Shown here: positions 1 to 10,928 of the stretch, piece after piece | Numbering within the stretch: the first letter of the stretch is position 1 | Layout: the number at the start of each line of letters is the position of its first letter | DNA from: Geosiphon pyriformis uo1 | Taxonomy: Eukaryota; Fungi; Glomeromycota | DNA: 50,967 nt | Assembly (NCBI GenBank): GCA_016748015.1 | Contig: JAAOMT010000393.1 | Span: 1 to 50,967 of the forward strand | Direction of reading: 5' to 3' | Position numbers and translations under genes: made by a program | The notes under the pieces: model-generated | What the model saw: only the letters and a program-made list of their open reading frames with translations | Told to the model about the DNA's origin: nothing | Database searches by the model: none

Positions 1-25
1 GTTGTTTTGTTTTTAGAACTATTGT

Positions 26-210
26 ATAAAATTCTGATGTTTAATTTGGTTTAATTTGGTTTGGTTTGAGTTCAATTAAATTATTAAATCAAACCAAACT
101 TAAACAGAGATTTTGGCTAAATTTTGAACTTAAACTTAAATTAAACTTAAAATTATTGAACCTGAATTCAACTTAAATCTAAACAACAAGTTTAGTTCAA
201 AATTTGTAAA
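26..210. repeat. Degenerate array of short TTTGG/TTTAA and CCAAA/TTAAA-type motifs in both orientations
   Basis: tttaatttggtttaatttggtttggtttgagttc is followed by aaaccaaacttaaac...gaacttaaacttaaattaaacttaaa. It resembles a CpG-decayed subterminal motif array of a DNA transposon. A similar patch lies at 21015-21108. Confidence 0.35.
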
Positions 211-1086
211 TATATTAAATTTAATTATTAACAAATTTTTCTTTCAATGGTTTTTGTATTTATGATTAAAAATATTGTGCTGCTTTTATAGTTTTAGGCA
301 TTAAGTAAAATCTTATATCTGCAATTATATTTCTATGTTTAGAAGCAATAAATGAATTTTGGATTACCAAATAATTACAAATCATATATACAAAACAAAA
401 AAATTGTATTTAATGTATCTAAATATCAAATTTTTAATAAAAATAATAATTTAAATAGATATTTTTTGTAATATACTTTCTATCATGCTATTATATTTAT
501 TTCTCTATTGGTTATTTTTCTAAAAATATAATGAATAATTTTATCAAATTTTTTATTATTATTATTATCAAAGTCTGTTTCTAATATAAACTATATAATT
601 AATATTATAATATTATTAAAATTGCTATTTAACACAAAACTATTATTTAATATAATTATAATAGCCAATATATACTTTGTTTTAAAGAAAGTACATATTC
701 TAAAAGTTTATTAAAGTCGGAAAATAAAACCATTTAAATAAATTCAATTAAAATTATAATATTTTATCAGATTCATTATTATTATTTATGTTTTTAATAT
801 AATTAAATATAATATTAAAAAAAAATAATTAAAAAGACAGTATTATTTGAATTAAGTAATATTTTGGTTATAATATTCTTAAATAATTTAAATAATTTAA
901 CAATTTTATCAAAGACAATCCAATAATTATATAAAATAACATATTAATAGAAGTTAATATAAGTCTTAGTAAAAGTATTAAGTATTTATAAATTTACAAT
1001 TAAGAATTTTGTATTTAAAATATATAAAATAAAAATAAAAAACTTATTAATTTAAAAGATAATTTATTCTTAATTTATGTTGTTAT

Positions 1087-2040
1087 TGTTATTATTAATG
1101 CTTTTTTTTTGTTAATTCTGCTATTATTAAAAATTAATAAATTTTCAATAAGCTAAGTTATTTTTTAAAGTATCTTATTATACTTTAGATTATATATATT
1201 GTTAGATTTATAATAAAATAACCAATTCTATGCTAATTATTTTAGATAATTACTTTGTAATAAAAGTCAACTTTTTTACAGAAATATTTTATCTGTAAGC
1301 TTTTCAATAATGTATAATTACTTTGCTATAAAAATTAACTTTTTTACAAGAAATTTTAATTGTAAGCTATTTAATAATATAAGAAAATAAATGAAATAAA
1401 TTCTAAAAAAAGTAATAAAAAATGTGTTTAATAAAATTATTTTCGTATTTAAGTCTAAAAGTACTAATAGTTATTGAAATTAATAACTAGTTAATTTCAA
1501 ATATTAATTTTAATTATTGTAATTTTATAATAGAAAATAGTTAAAAATTTGGGTTTTAAAAAAGTTTTATTTAAAAGTAATTTGCAATAGTTTTCTGACT
1601 AAATTGCTTTTAAAAAAAATAATTTTAAATTAAAATATTTGATTAAAAATACATTTTCTTAAAAAAAAAAACTCTTTTTTTATATATTTTACTGTAATAC
1701 TATTTTCTAAATTAATATTTTTTTTTCTGATTTTTTGGCAAATTAAATATATTTTGTTAAATTATAAGTTATTTTTGTGAATTAATAATTATTTTAATAA
1801 ACTATTAATATTTTGTTAATTCTAAATATATTGGTAAATTTTTCAATATTATATAGTTTAATGTATTATATAATTTAATTATTATAATTAGTTATATTTA
1901 TGTTTTTGTACAAATTAAGTTATTAATTAAATAATAATTTAAATAATTTAATAAAAAAATATATGCTAATTAATAATAAAAATTATAAAAATAATTTTTG
2001 CTAATTAATATTTTAAATTTCTGTTGATAATAATATATGT
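1087..2040 (+). repeat. Dispersed AT-rich repeat X, first copy (unclassified)
   Basis: Aligns by eye to the reverse complement of 39497-40793, e.g. tatactttagattatatata, taaaataaccaatt, ttactttgta.taaaagt.aa and aagttattaattaaataataatt. It contains an internal ~68 bp duplication at about 1250-1357. Confidence 0.75.
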
Positions 2041-2927
2041 TTATGTATTTTTTCTTAAAAGTTAATCTGAAATTTACCTACAGTAATAAAATTTTTTTAA
2101 AAACTATTTTTATAATTATCTAATGTATTTTACTAAGCTAAAAACATAAAATTTTAATTTTAACAATAAAGCTTTTTATTAATTAGTAATAATATAAATA
2201 ATTTTAATTAAAAATTATTTTTTTAAGAATTTAGTTGATAAATAAAAGTTTTATTTAATAAATAGCACAAGTAAGTTTTTTAATACTTTTATTTATAATA
2301 ATTTAGCTTTCAATATTATTTTTTATTTTTTTTTATTAATAATTTTTTTAAAAATTTATTTTAAAAGTAAAAATTAAAAAATAATTAAAAATTAAAAGTT
2401 AACAAGATTAAAAGATAGTTTTTCTTAATTTTAAAACTACATATTTATATTTTTGTAAAAAAACATATTGTAATATTTTTTTTTGATATCTTAATCTGAT
2501 GTTTATTGTTATTATAAGCTAGTATTTATTGCTATTATGTCTATTATTACTTTTATAAAATTATTATTATGTTCTATTATAATTAAATAATTTATAACTT
2601 TATTAAAATTCTATATTGGTTTGAATTTTTAACAAATGTATAAGAAATATTATTTTTTATATTATTAAGAATTATTTGTATTATTAAGTTAAATATATAA
2701 TTAAAGTATTAAAATTAAAGATATTTTGAGTTCTATTAAATGTTTTTCTCTTTTAATTTTTTTTTAATTTTTTAATAAAAGTATTATTATTTGCAATATT
2801 ATTTAAAATAATAGCAAAAACCTGTCAAAAAAAATTGGTTTAATAACTAATAAAATTAATAAAAAAATTATATAAAAAAAAGATAAGTATAATTCTTTTT
2901 TAAACTGTTTTTTTAATCTTTTTGATT

Positions 2928-3355
2928 AAAAATTTGGCTTAAAACAATAATAAAAACTATTTAAGTTAATATTAAAAAAATGTGATTTTCAATAATTTAA
3001 ATATTATAGTAATTTTAAGTTTTAAATAATACTAATATTGAAAATTCAAATTTATAGTAATAATAAAAACTAACTTAAGTTAATATTAAAAAAATATTAT
3101 TTTTAATAATATAAACACTATAATAATTTTAAGTTTTAAATAATACTAATATTAAAATTTGGTTTTAAAACAATAATAAAAAAATATAATTTTTAATAAT
3201 ATAAATACTATAATAATTCTAAGTCTTAAATAATATTAACATTAAAAATTTGGCTCTAAAACAATAATAAAAACCAATTTAAATTAATATTAAAAAACAC
3301 AATTTTTAATAATATTAGCATTATAATATTTTTAAGTTTTAAACAATATTAATTT
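2928..3355 (+). repeat. Tandem array of four ~90-113 bp degenerate units
   Basis: Units start near 2928, 3041, 3154 and 3244. Each reads roughly aaaatttgg..ttaaaacaataataaaaac...ttaatattaaaaaaa...taagttttaaataatactaatatt. Unit 3 is shorter. Confidence 0.8.
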
Positions 3356-3518
3356 GCTATATAATATGTCGATTTTATTATTGATTATTGACTAATTCAA
3401 ATTTATACAAAAGATATACATATGTATATTTAATAAAATTTGTTTATAATATTTATTTTATCATATTATTTACTTATTAAAACAAAATCAATTATTGTTA
3501 TTATTATTATTAATAAAA

Positions 3519-3589
3519 AAAAACTTCTTTCTCTCTTTTGTCCAAAATTTCCAAAAAAGAGTCTAAAGTTTTTTCTGAAAGAAGTTTTT
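3519..3589 (+). promoter_or_regulatory. 5' UTR terminal inverted repeat or hairpin of copy 1
   Basis: aaaaacttctttc (3519-3531) pairs with gaaagaagttttt (3577-3589). The same motif is at the 5' ends of copies 2, 5, 6 and 9. Confidence 0.6.
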
Positions 3590-3657
3590 CCACAATTTAG
3601 TATGATAAATCTAAACTCTTTATTCTTAAGGCCACTATTGGCTGTAGTATTGCTGTC

Positions 3658-5453
3658 ATAAAGAAGACTGCTAAAGTTTCTGTTTCTGATGATGGCTTCA
3701 GACCTGTTCTTCCAAAGAAAAAGAAAAGAGAAGATATTTTGGAGAATGGTTCTGGTGGTGAAAATGTTGGTTCTAAGATTCAAAGTAGTCACTTATGGGA
3801 TTCAGAGACTGGTGACACCACTAAGTCTAATAGTGTTAATATAGAAGAGGAATGTCTGGTAGAGGAAACCAGTTTTGATTATGGTGAGAATGGTGCTTTT
3901 GCTGGTGAAGATCCTAATCTAACACCTACTGGTTCAAAAATTAAAACAAAGAAGGTGTTGGGCAAACCATTGGGTAAGATTAATTTTTCAGTAAGTAAAG
4001 AAGAAAATAATGTTCTCCTGGATGTTTCTTTGAAACTCCCTCTATTTCTCATGAATCTGGTCAACATTTCTACTTGCAAATTCTTTGTTTCGGATATTGG
4101 GTTTGACAAAGTGGTTGGAAAGTCTTCTCAGGAAAAGCTTGCAATAATTAAGAAGTTGTTTTCACAAATCAATGGTTTTGGGGGGGCCTCTACCTCTTCA
4201 AAATTTGCTGGGATCATCAAAGCAACATTTACTTCTGAATTGAGTTTGGCACAGGCTTCAAAAAAGGCTGAAAAAGCAAAGATCTTGGTAAACACCAATC
4301 TCAAAAAATCATCTGAACATTCAAATCGGACTGTAGTGTTGAAGGAAATTCTAATTAGGACATCAACGGAGGCTGTACGTGCTGTGCTATCCAAGTTCAA
4401 ATTAATTAAGTCAATCAAAATGCAGTTGGTGGGGCTGTGGCAAAAAGTGGTGGTTGAATTTAAACAGGTTGATTATGCTAATTTGATTGCAGCTAAATGG
4501 TCTATCCTAATTGGGAAAGACACAATGCATGTTACTAGATCTGATGTGGACAAAGAATTATGGGACACATGAGATGTTTACAAAGCTCTTTTATACACTC
4601 TGTCAATGGTAACCAATACACATAATATTTGGGATTATGTTACTTCAGTGAGTGAAAAAACTTGTGTAATTGATTATCACCTGGTTTTTTATGCTTGAGC
4701 CAGATGTACTACTGTTTGTTTTGATTTTGCTGAGTTATTGGATGCTGTTTTGAAGACCATGCCTGTTCTAAAAAAGGCCAATTTGTATTGGTTTCATCTT
4801 GTTTCAGCCAAGTGTGCTGGGTATGGGAAATTGGGCCATACATTATTGGTTTGCCCTATTGGTGAGAAAAAAAATGTTTCTTTTAGTGCTTTATCACAGA
4901 AACCTCTCTCGAACTCAGATAAAAATAGACTGGCTGCCATATATGTCAAATGCTTGGCCCAGTTGCTTGTCCTGTTTCTTTTGGTGATGTCTTATAGGCT
5001 CAAATTGCTGGTAAGTCTTCTTTCCCTCCTCTTTCTGCTCAGAATGTTTTGTTGAAAGCTGGCTTTTCTTCAGAGGTAAAGCCTACCCCACTGGTATCTT
5101 TGGAATTAAATGATAGGTTTATTGTTCTTAAGCACAGTCTTACTAGCCTTACAGAACATGTTAACATACTGGCTAAAAGATTGGATGCACTTGAGCCAAC
5201 AGTTTCTCAGCTTAGCCTTAGATGTCAGCTGTTGGTGATCTCTTCATCACAGAATTAAGGGGCAAATATAGTGATAAGTAAAAGTTCAGGTGTGGCCATT
5301 GGTAGTGAGACTGTTGCAGAAGTGGTGGTTTTTGATTCTGCAGTTATTTCGAAAATGGAAGAAACATTAAACAATCTTTCAATCACAGTTATGAGCCTTT
5401 CAGCTAAAATGAACAATGCTAATTTGGTTTCTACCCCTTTTTTTTCTTAATAA
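3658..5453 (+). pseudogene. LINE ORF1 (gag-like; RRM-like + CCHC knuckle + coiled coil), disrupted
   Basis: Contains FSQINGFGGASTSSKF, VVLKEI...KSIKMQLVGLWQKVVVEF and the knuckle CAG(Y)GKLGHTLLVC. The start appears decayed to ATA, and there are stops and frameshifts. Confidence 0.85.
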
Positions 5454-8400
5454 GTAATATGATCTGGAAAGTTGCAATTTGTAATGTTAGAGAAATGAAC
5501 AATCCTGCTAAACAGGATGATATCATTTGTTGGCATAAGGAAAAAAACAATTTAGTTTCTATTTTTTTGGAATTAAAGTTGAAAGGAAAAGCTCGCTCCT
5601 AGATTGTCTACAAATTTGATGGCGTGCAGGTGTTTACCTCTGGTTTAGAATCTGGTTATCTGATTGTTAATGTTGTGGTTGTTATGAACTCTTCTTTAGC
5701 AAGATATGTGTGCAAAATTTCAGAAGTGCCTGGTTGGCTCTTGTCTATCAAGTTGTTTTTCAAAAATAGACTTTCAGTGTCAATTTTGGGGCTTTATGCT
5801 GGTGCCTCATTGGTGGCCAGGTTTTCTCATGCTGACAATATCAACTCTCTTATTGCAAAGACTGTTAATGAATCTTTTTTCATCATTCTCAGAGGTGATT
5901 TTAATGAAGATGGTTTTCATAAGTGTGCAAGTTTCAAAAAATGCCTGAATTTTGGTTTAGTTAATGCCTTGAATAGGAGCTCTTATGAGAAATCACCAAC
6001 TTGGTTCAATTTTTGTTGTGTTGCTAAGATAATTAATTATGTGCTCATTTCTTTGAACTTGGTCAATGCAGTAGTGGATTATGGCATGTTTGGTATTGAG
6101 GAGTATTTTGATACTAATCATCAGATCATCTCAATATTAGTGGGTTTGGGTGGTTTGCTTGATGTTCGATTAAATTCTGTTTGTAAACAAGCAAATAAGG
6201 CTCATTGAAAGTACAATTGCAAAGGTATAGATAATATTAAATGGGCCAAGTTTAAGAATAATATGGTGGCAAATACTGCTATATTATATGACAATTTTTT
6301 TGCAACCAGAATGCACTTGAACTTGGATGTGATATGGATTGCTCTCTATGAAGTATTATGTCTGTCTGCTGAGGCAGTTTTTAAGAAAAAATGGTTCAAG
6401 GACTATGATCACATTTTTGTTAAGGAATCATCCAGGTTTCACAAGCTGGAGCTTTTAGTGTCAAAATTAGTTAAGATGTCTTGTTTGGATTTTTTTGAAG
6501 AATTTGCATTCTTGCTTGACAAGTGAGAGAGTTTGGATTTAGTTAATGCCTCTGTGGTGAAGTCTCTTTTTATGTCAGGTTTTTCCTTTGATGCCATTCA
6601 GTCAGTTTTGGCCAAAGTTAGAAAGTTATATCACTTCTCCAAAATGTCAGAAGCAAAACATGTCAAGAAATCTGGAATCAGATCAGCAATAGATAAAAGG
6701 ATAGAAAGTTTTAAATTAAACAAAGGTCATACTATTAGGAGTGTGCTTTTACAGAGTAATTCTGGATCATCTGGTCATGGATGATGAATTGGTTTTGGAG
6801 CCTAATCTGGTTAAAACCAAGATAGATGTGATTATAAAAGAATGGACTAGAAAATGCAATGTGGTTTCTGTTGTCCCTGATGTGTGATGTCACCAATACC
6901 AGCCTTTGGAGTATGTTTTTGATGATGCCTTTTCTGATGTGATGTGCTAAATTGACTTTGATGAGATGTCTGGTGTCATTTCAAATCTGCCTGATGGGAA
7001 AGCGGCTGGTCTTTTTAGTATCTCAAATAAGTTATAGAAACATTGTAACAGGTTAGTTTTAGATATGCTTTTGGTGCTTTTGAACTTTTGCTTGAACTGT
7101 GAATCTGTTTCTGGGCCTTGGAAGAAGGCTTGGGTGTTGATGATCTCCAAACCATATGAGTAGAAGAGTGTTTTCATGAACACCTGTCTTATTGCTTTGA
7201 TTGAAATGGCTTGCAAAATTCTTTCTAAGATTTTTTCGGACAGAATCTCTTTTGTATGCAGTAAGTTTGATGTTTTTAAAGAGGATAATTTTTCTGTTCT
7301 AAAAGGTATGACCACACAGTTTCCTATTTTTGCTATTGAGTTAGTCATTAAAGATGCTTTGGAGAAGAACCATGAGTTTTGGCTGGTATTGCAGGACATG
7401 CAGAAGGCTTATGATTCTGTTGGCTGGGAGCACCTTAGAGAGAGTTTAGTCAGGATAAAGATGTGTGACAATTTTATTTGGTTTTTTGGTGGCATTCACA
7501 ATAGTTGAATCAACAGAGTTATGATGAATTTTGGGCTGACCAATAGATATATGGTGCATAATGGTTTGGATCAAGGAGAGGTGTTTTTTCTTTTTCTTTG
7601 ATACATATTTTATGATCCTCTTTTGTGTGAAGTCAAGAGACAAGAAAGTGTGTATAGATACAAGTTGGATTTTTGTTTCATGACCAAGACTGGTTGTTCT
7701 GAATCTCAGACTGGTTTGACTTCTTTTTTTGCTGCAGGTGCTTTTGTTGATGCCACTATTTGAATTGGTAGCAATCAGACTGCTATGCAACATATTCTCA
7801 ATGTTGCTAGTGAATTTTTTCGGATCAATAACATTTCAATTAATAATAACAAAATGGTAGCCATTTCTATTAATTGTAGAGTTTCTGAGCCTCGTTTGCA
7901 AATCAGTGGTTTGCCTATTTTGATTGCCAAAAAAGAGAAGTCTCATCAGTATTTGGAGATTTTTCTGTCTATTGAAGGTTTATTAAAGTCTAGCTTGGCT
8001 AGGGCTCATCTGGATGTTCAGTTTTTCACCAATTTCATGCTGAAGAAGACTGTCTCTGACAAACAGTTTTCATATTTGGTGTTGGCAGTTCTTTACTCTA
8101 TTGTTGCATACAGGATTCAGTTCAGTTTTGTTTCTATTAACATGTGTGTGAAGTGGGACACTATAATTTACAAGGGTTTAAAATCTAAATCTGGCTTACC
8201 ACATGACTTTCCCAATGATGCTATCCACTATTTCTCTCTGTATGGTTTGAAGTCTTTTGAACAGATTCAGGCTGAAGGCAAGTCAGCTTTTGTTGTTAGT
8301 TTCACCAATTCTGTTAGTATCTTGGGCTGTTTGTTTGCACATATATCATATAACTTGCAGATTCTTAATTGGCAGTCCTTATCATCTTCTGCTTTTCTCT

Positions 8401-10128
8401 TCCTGTATTAATATTAATCCTTCAAATAATTTTTTGGCTGGCATTGTCTGGATTTTTTTGGAGTGTGACCTTTCTCTGGATGGTCTTGTAACCAATGCTT
8501 TTTGTTTTCCAAATAGTACTCCTATGTCTGTCATTCTTGGTGAACTCATCTTTTATAAATGTGTCTTTTCACTTCGGCATTATAGAATTGTCTTTGTTGA
8601 GCAGCTTCGCAGTTATACTGGTTCTATTTTCAATTAGAGGACCTTCAAGTAATGGAAAAGATTGAACCCTCGAAATTTGGTTCCTCATTGGTTTGATGTT
8701 TCTGTTTGCTTTCTGAATAATTCTGGGCTATCTTCTGTCTGTAATCTTCTGTTGCCAAAAGTTGGTTTGTCTAACATTCTTAAGTCTTATAAGTTTGAGG
8801 TCATATGTGGTCATCTGTTGGGAGTTAATTCAGGTCATCTCTCTTTGTTTATGGATGGTTCTCTAAGTGGGCTGGGTACTCTTGGTATGAAAGCTGGTGC
8901 TGCTGTTTTTTTTGAGAACATTGATTTGGGTTTGGGTGTAGAGGTGTTTGGATTGGTTTCTTCTACTATAGTGGAGTTGTAGACTATTGCTTTAGCTTTT
9001 AAGTATGTTTTTTCTTCTTATTCAGTCAACTTGTTTTTGAACAGCCAGGCTGCTTTGGATGTGTGCAAATTGGAATCCATGTTGACTTGTCTGGATTTCA
9101 GAAATCAGTGTTGGATCGAGTGTTGTCACATTGCTAATGTCATTTAATGCAAAAATTTGGATATTAATTGGATTAAGATTAAGGGTCACTTTGGCGTTTT
9201 GGACAATGAGTGCACTGATGCTCTTGCTGGTGCTGCTGTAGTCTCTGGTATGCATTTTCCTTACATGATTAATGAATATTTTCTTAAGGCTGGTGGTACT
9301 GCAGTGTTCAGTAATTCTAGGCATTTTGTTTGTGGTGTTTTCTAATCTGTTCACCATATGCACTAGAAGGTCGGTTCTGGTTTCTGGGTCTTAGTAGATA
9401 GACTGGGTGCTAATGTTGATTAGTCTAAATCTTCTTTGGTATGGCATCTGAACTTTCATTTGGCTGCTGGTTTCACTAGTGTTTGGACTGCTGGTTTTCA
9501 AACATATTTTATAAAGGCATTGCATCATCGTTTTCTGATTGCTGTGTGTAAATGTCTTTATAATAGGAGTTACTCCAGTGTATTATGTCTATTTTGTGAC
9601 AATGTTGAGGTCTCAGACCATGTATTTTCTTGCTCATTTAATGCTGCTGGTCATGCTTAGTTGGTGGAAGTTCACGCATCTGCTTGGGAGGCACAGTCGG
9701 GTTTATCTCATTTTTTTTCATGTGTTTCACAATTGCTTTTTACTTACATCTCTGATGTTGGTGTTAGTACAGCTCTGTGTAAGAGCTTTGTTTTCAAGGA
9801 ATGGTATCATGAATCTGTTGCTGTTTTTAAGGACTCTAAGATAGCGGCTTAAAATATCGTGGCCTCTGTACATGAGTTTTGTTTTGTGTTTCATGAGGAT
9901 ATTTGGCTGGTGTGTGTTAAGCACTGGACTGTAATAGAGAAGGATGGCTTGATACTGTGTAATGGTTCTGTTCCTGTTTCTATTTCTGGTCTTTTTTTGG
10001 TGCTTTTGGCCAGTGTGATTAGATTGTTAAGTATTGTGGATGCATTTGGTATTGGTTTTGGATTTTGTAAGTCTTGTTTATTCTTTTCAGGTTTAGGTAA
10101 TATGGTTTCAGTACATATAAGTGTTTAG
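5450..10128 (+). pseudogene. LINE ORF2 (APE endonuclease - RT - RNase H - CCHC), disrupted
   Basis: APE: WKVAICNVR, GDFNE, DTNH. RT: LQDMQKAYDSV, GLDQGEVF, AFVDAT. RNase H: FMDGSL, SSTIVEL, KIKGHFGVLDNECTD. Zn finger: CLFC..E.SDHVFSC. Confidence 0.92.
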
Positions 10129-10245
10129 TGTTGTCTTGACTGGCCTGAGTGGCTGGTCACATGTAGAAAATACATGATTTACACCTAGTTTAGATCACTT
10201 GTTTGATGTATTGTACTAGATAATGTTTGGACTTCACTCATTAAA
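10129..10245 (+). other. Conserved structured 3' UTR RNA element (copy 1)
   Basis: P1 gactggcc/ggctggtc with loop tgagt, P2 catgta/tacatg, P3 cctagt/actaga with an inner stem. The terminal cactca is complementary to tgagtg. Confidence 0.8.
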
Positions 10246-10810
10246 TAAATAAAAAAATTTATTAATATAATAAGTAATAATAAAAATAAAAATTTTGTTA
10301 TTAAAAAATATTTAAAGATTTAATATAAAAAAATTTTTGGATTTAATAATACTTAAGTATATTTATTATATTATAAGTATAAATAAAATAAAAAAAATAT
10401 TTTAATTAATTCAGAAATTTTTACTATAACAAATAATTATTAACAGTTAATAAACCAGATAACAATTATATTATAAAGTTTTTTATTATTAATATTAATA
10501 ATAATTATTACAAAAAATAAAATAATTTTCTAGTTAGATTAACAATTTAACTTATTAAATTATTTTGTTAATTAACTTGCAATTTTTTTAAATATTTTGT
10601 TTTTTTATGATATTTTTTATTATAATATATGTTATTTAATAGAAAGTTTTTAAATAATATTATAAAAATTTACTAGTACTTATAAATTTATAAAAAATAA
10701 TTTATATACACATTTAAAATTATATATTTATCTATTTTTTTTTGTTTATTTAAACTTATTAAAATAATTTTATAATTTATTCTAAAAACTTGTTTATTTT
10801 TTATTAAGCA

Positions 10811-10928
10811 TTTAATGAGTAAAGCTTAACCACTATCTAGTACACAGAGCCAAACTAAGTGGCCCAAACTAAATGCAATTCATGTATCAACAACATGTGA
10901 CTAGCCACTCAGACCAATCAAGGCATCA
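10811..10928 (-). other. Conserved structured 3' UTR RNA element (copy 2)
   Basis: The sense strand reads gattggtc tgagt ggctagtc, catgt/acatg, tttagt..gggcca/tggctc..actaga, then tactcattaaa. Confidence 0.8.

Larger units (their letters stand above)
3512..10257 (+). mobile_element. Non-LTR retrotransposon copy 1, full length and degenerate (ORF1 type c + ORF2 type Y)
   Basis: Has a 5' A-run with AAAAACTTCTTT hairpin, ORF1 and ORF2 remnants, the conserved 3' UTR, and an AATAAA/A tail. A possible low-complexity TSD is aataaaaaaa. Confidence 0.93.

Noticed and set aside
26-210. Telomeric repeat
   Set aside because: The motifs are irregular and occur in both orientations, with no TTAGGG-type periodic tract.
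2928-3355. CRISPR array
   Set aside because: Whole units are homologous with no unique spacers, there are no cas genes, and the context is eukaryotic transposons.
5450-10128. Alternative genetic code or programmed readthrough explaining in-frame stops
   Set aside because: Stops arise from TGG, CAA/CAG and CGA codons by transitions, differ among copies and co-occur with frameshifts. This is decay.
10129-10245. 3' UTR as a hammerhead, HDV, twister, pistol or hatchet ribozyme
   Set aside because: CTGAGTG...GAAAA superficially recalls the hammerhead core, but it is not CUGANGA and both segments sit in hairpin loops. The other known consensus cores could not be fitted on either strand.
10260-10788. 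AT-rich spacer as a further relic or gene
   Set aside because: No ORF and no alignment to other parts of the window could be found by eye.
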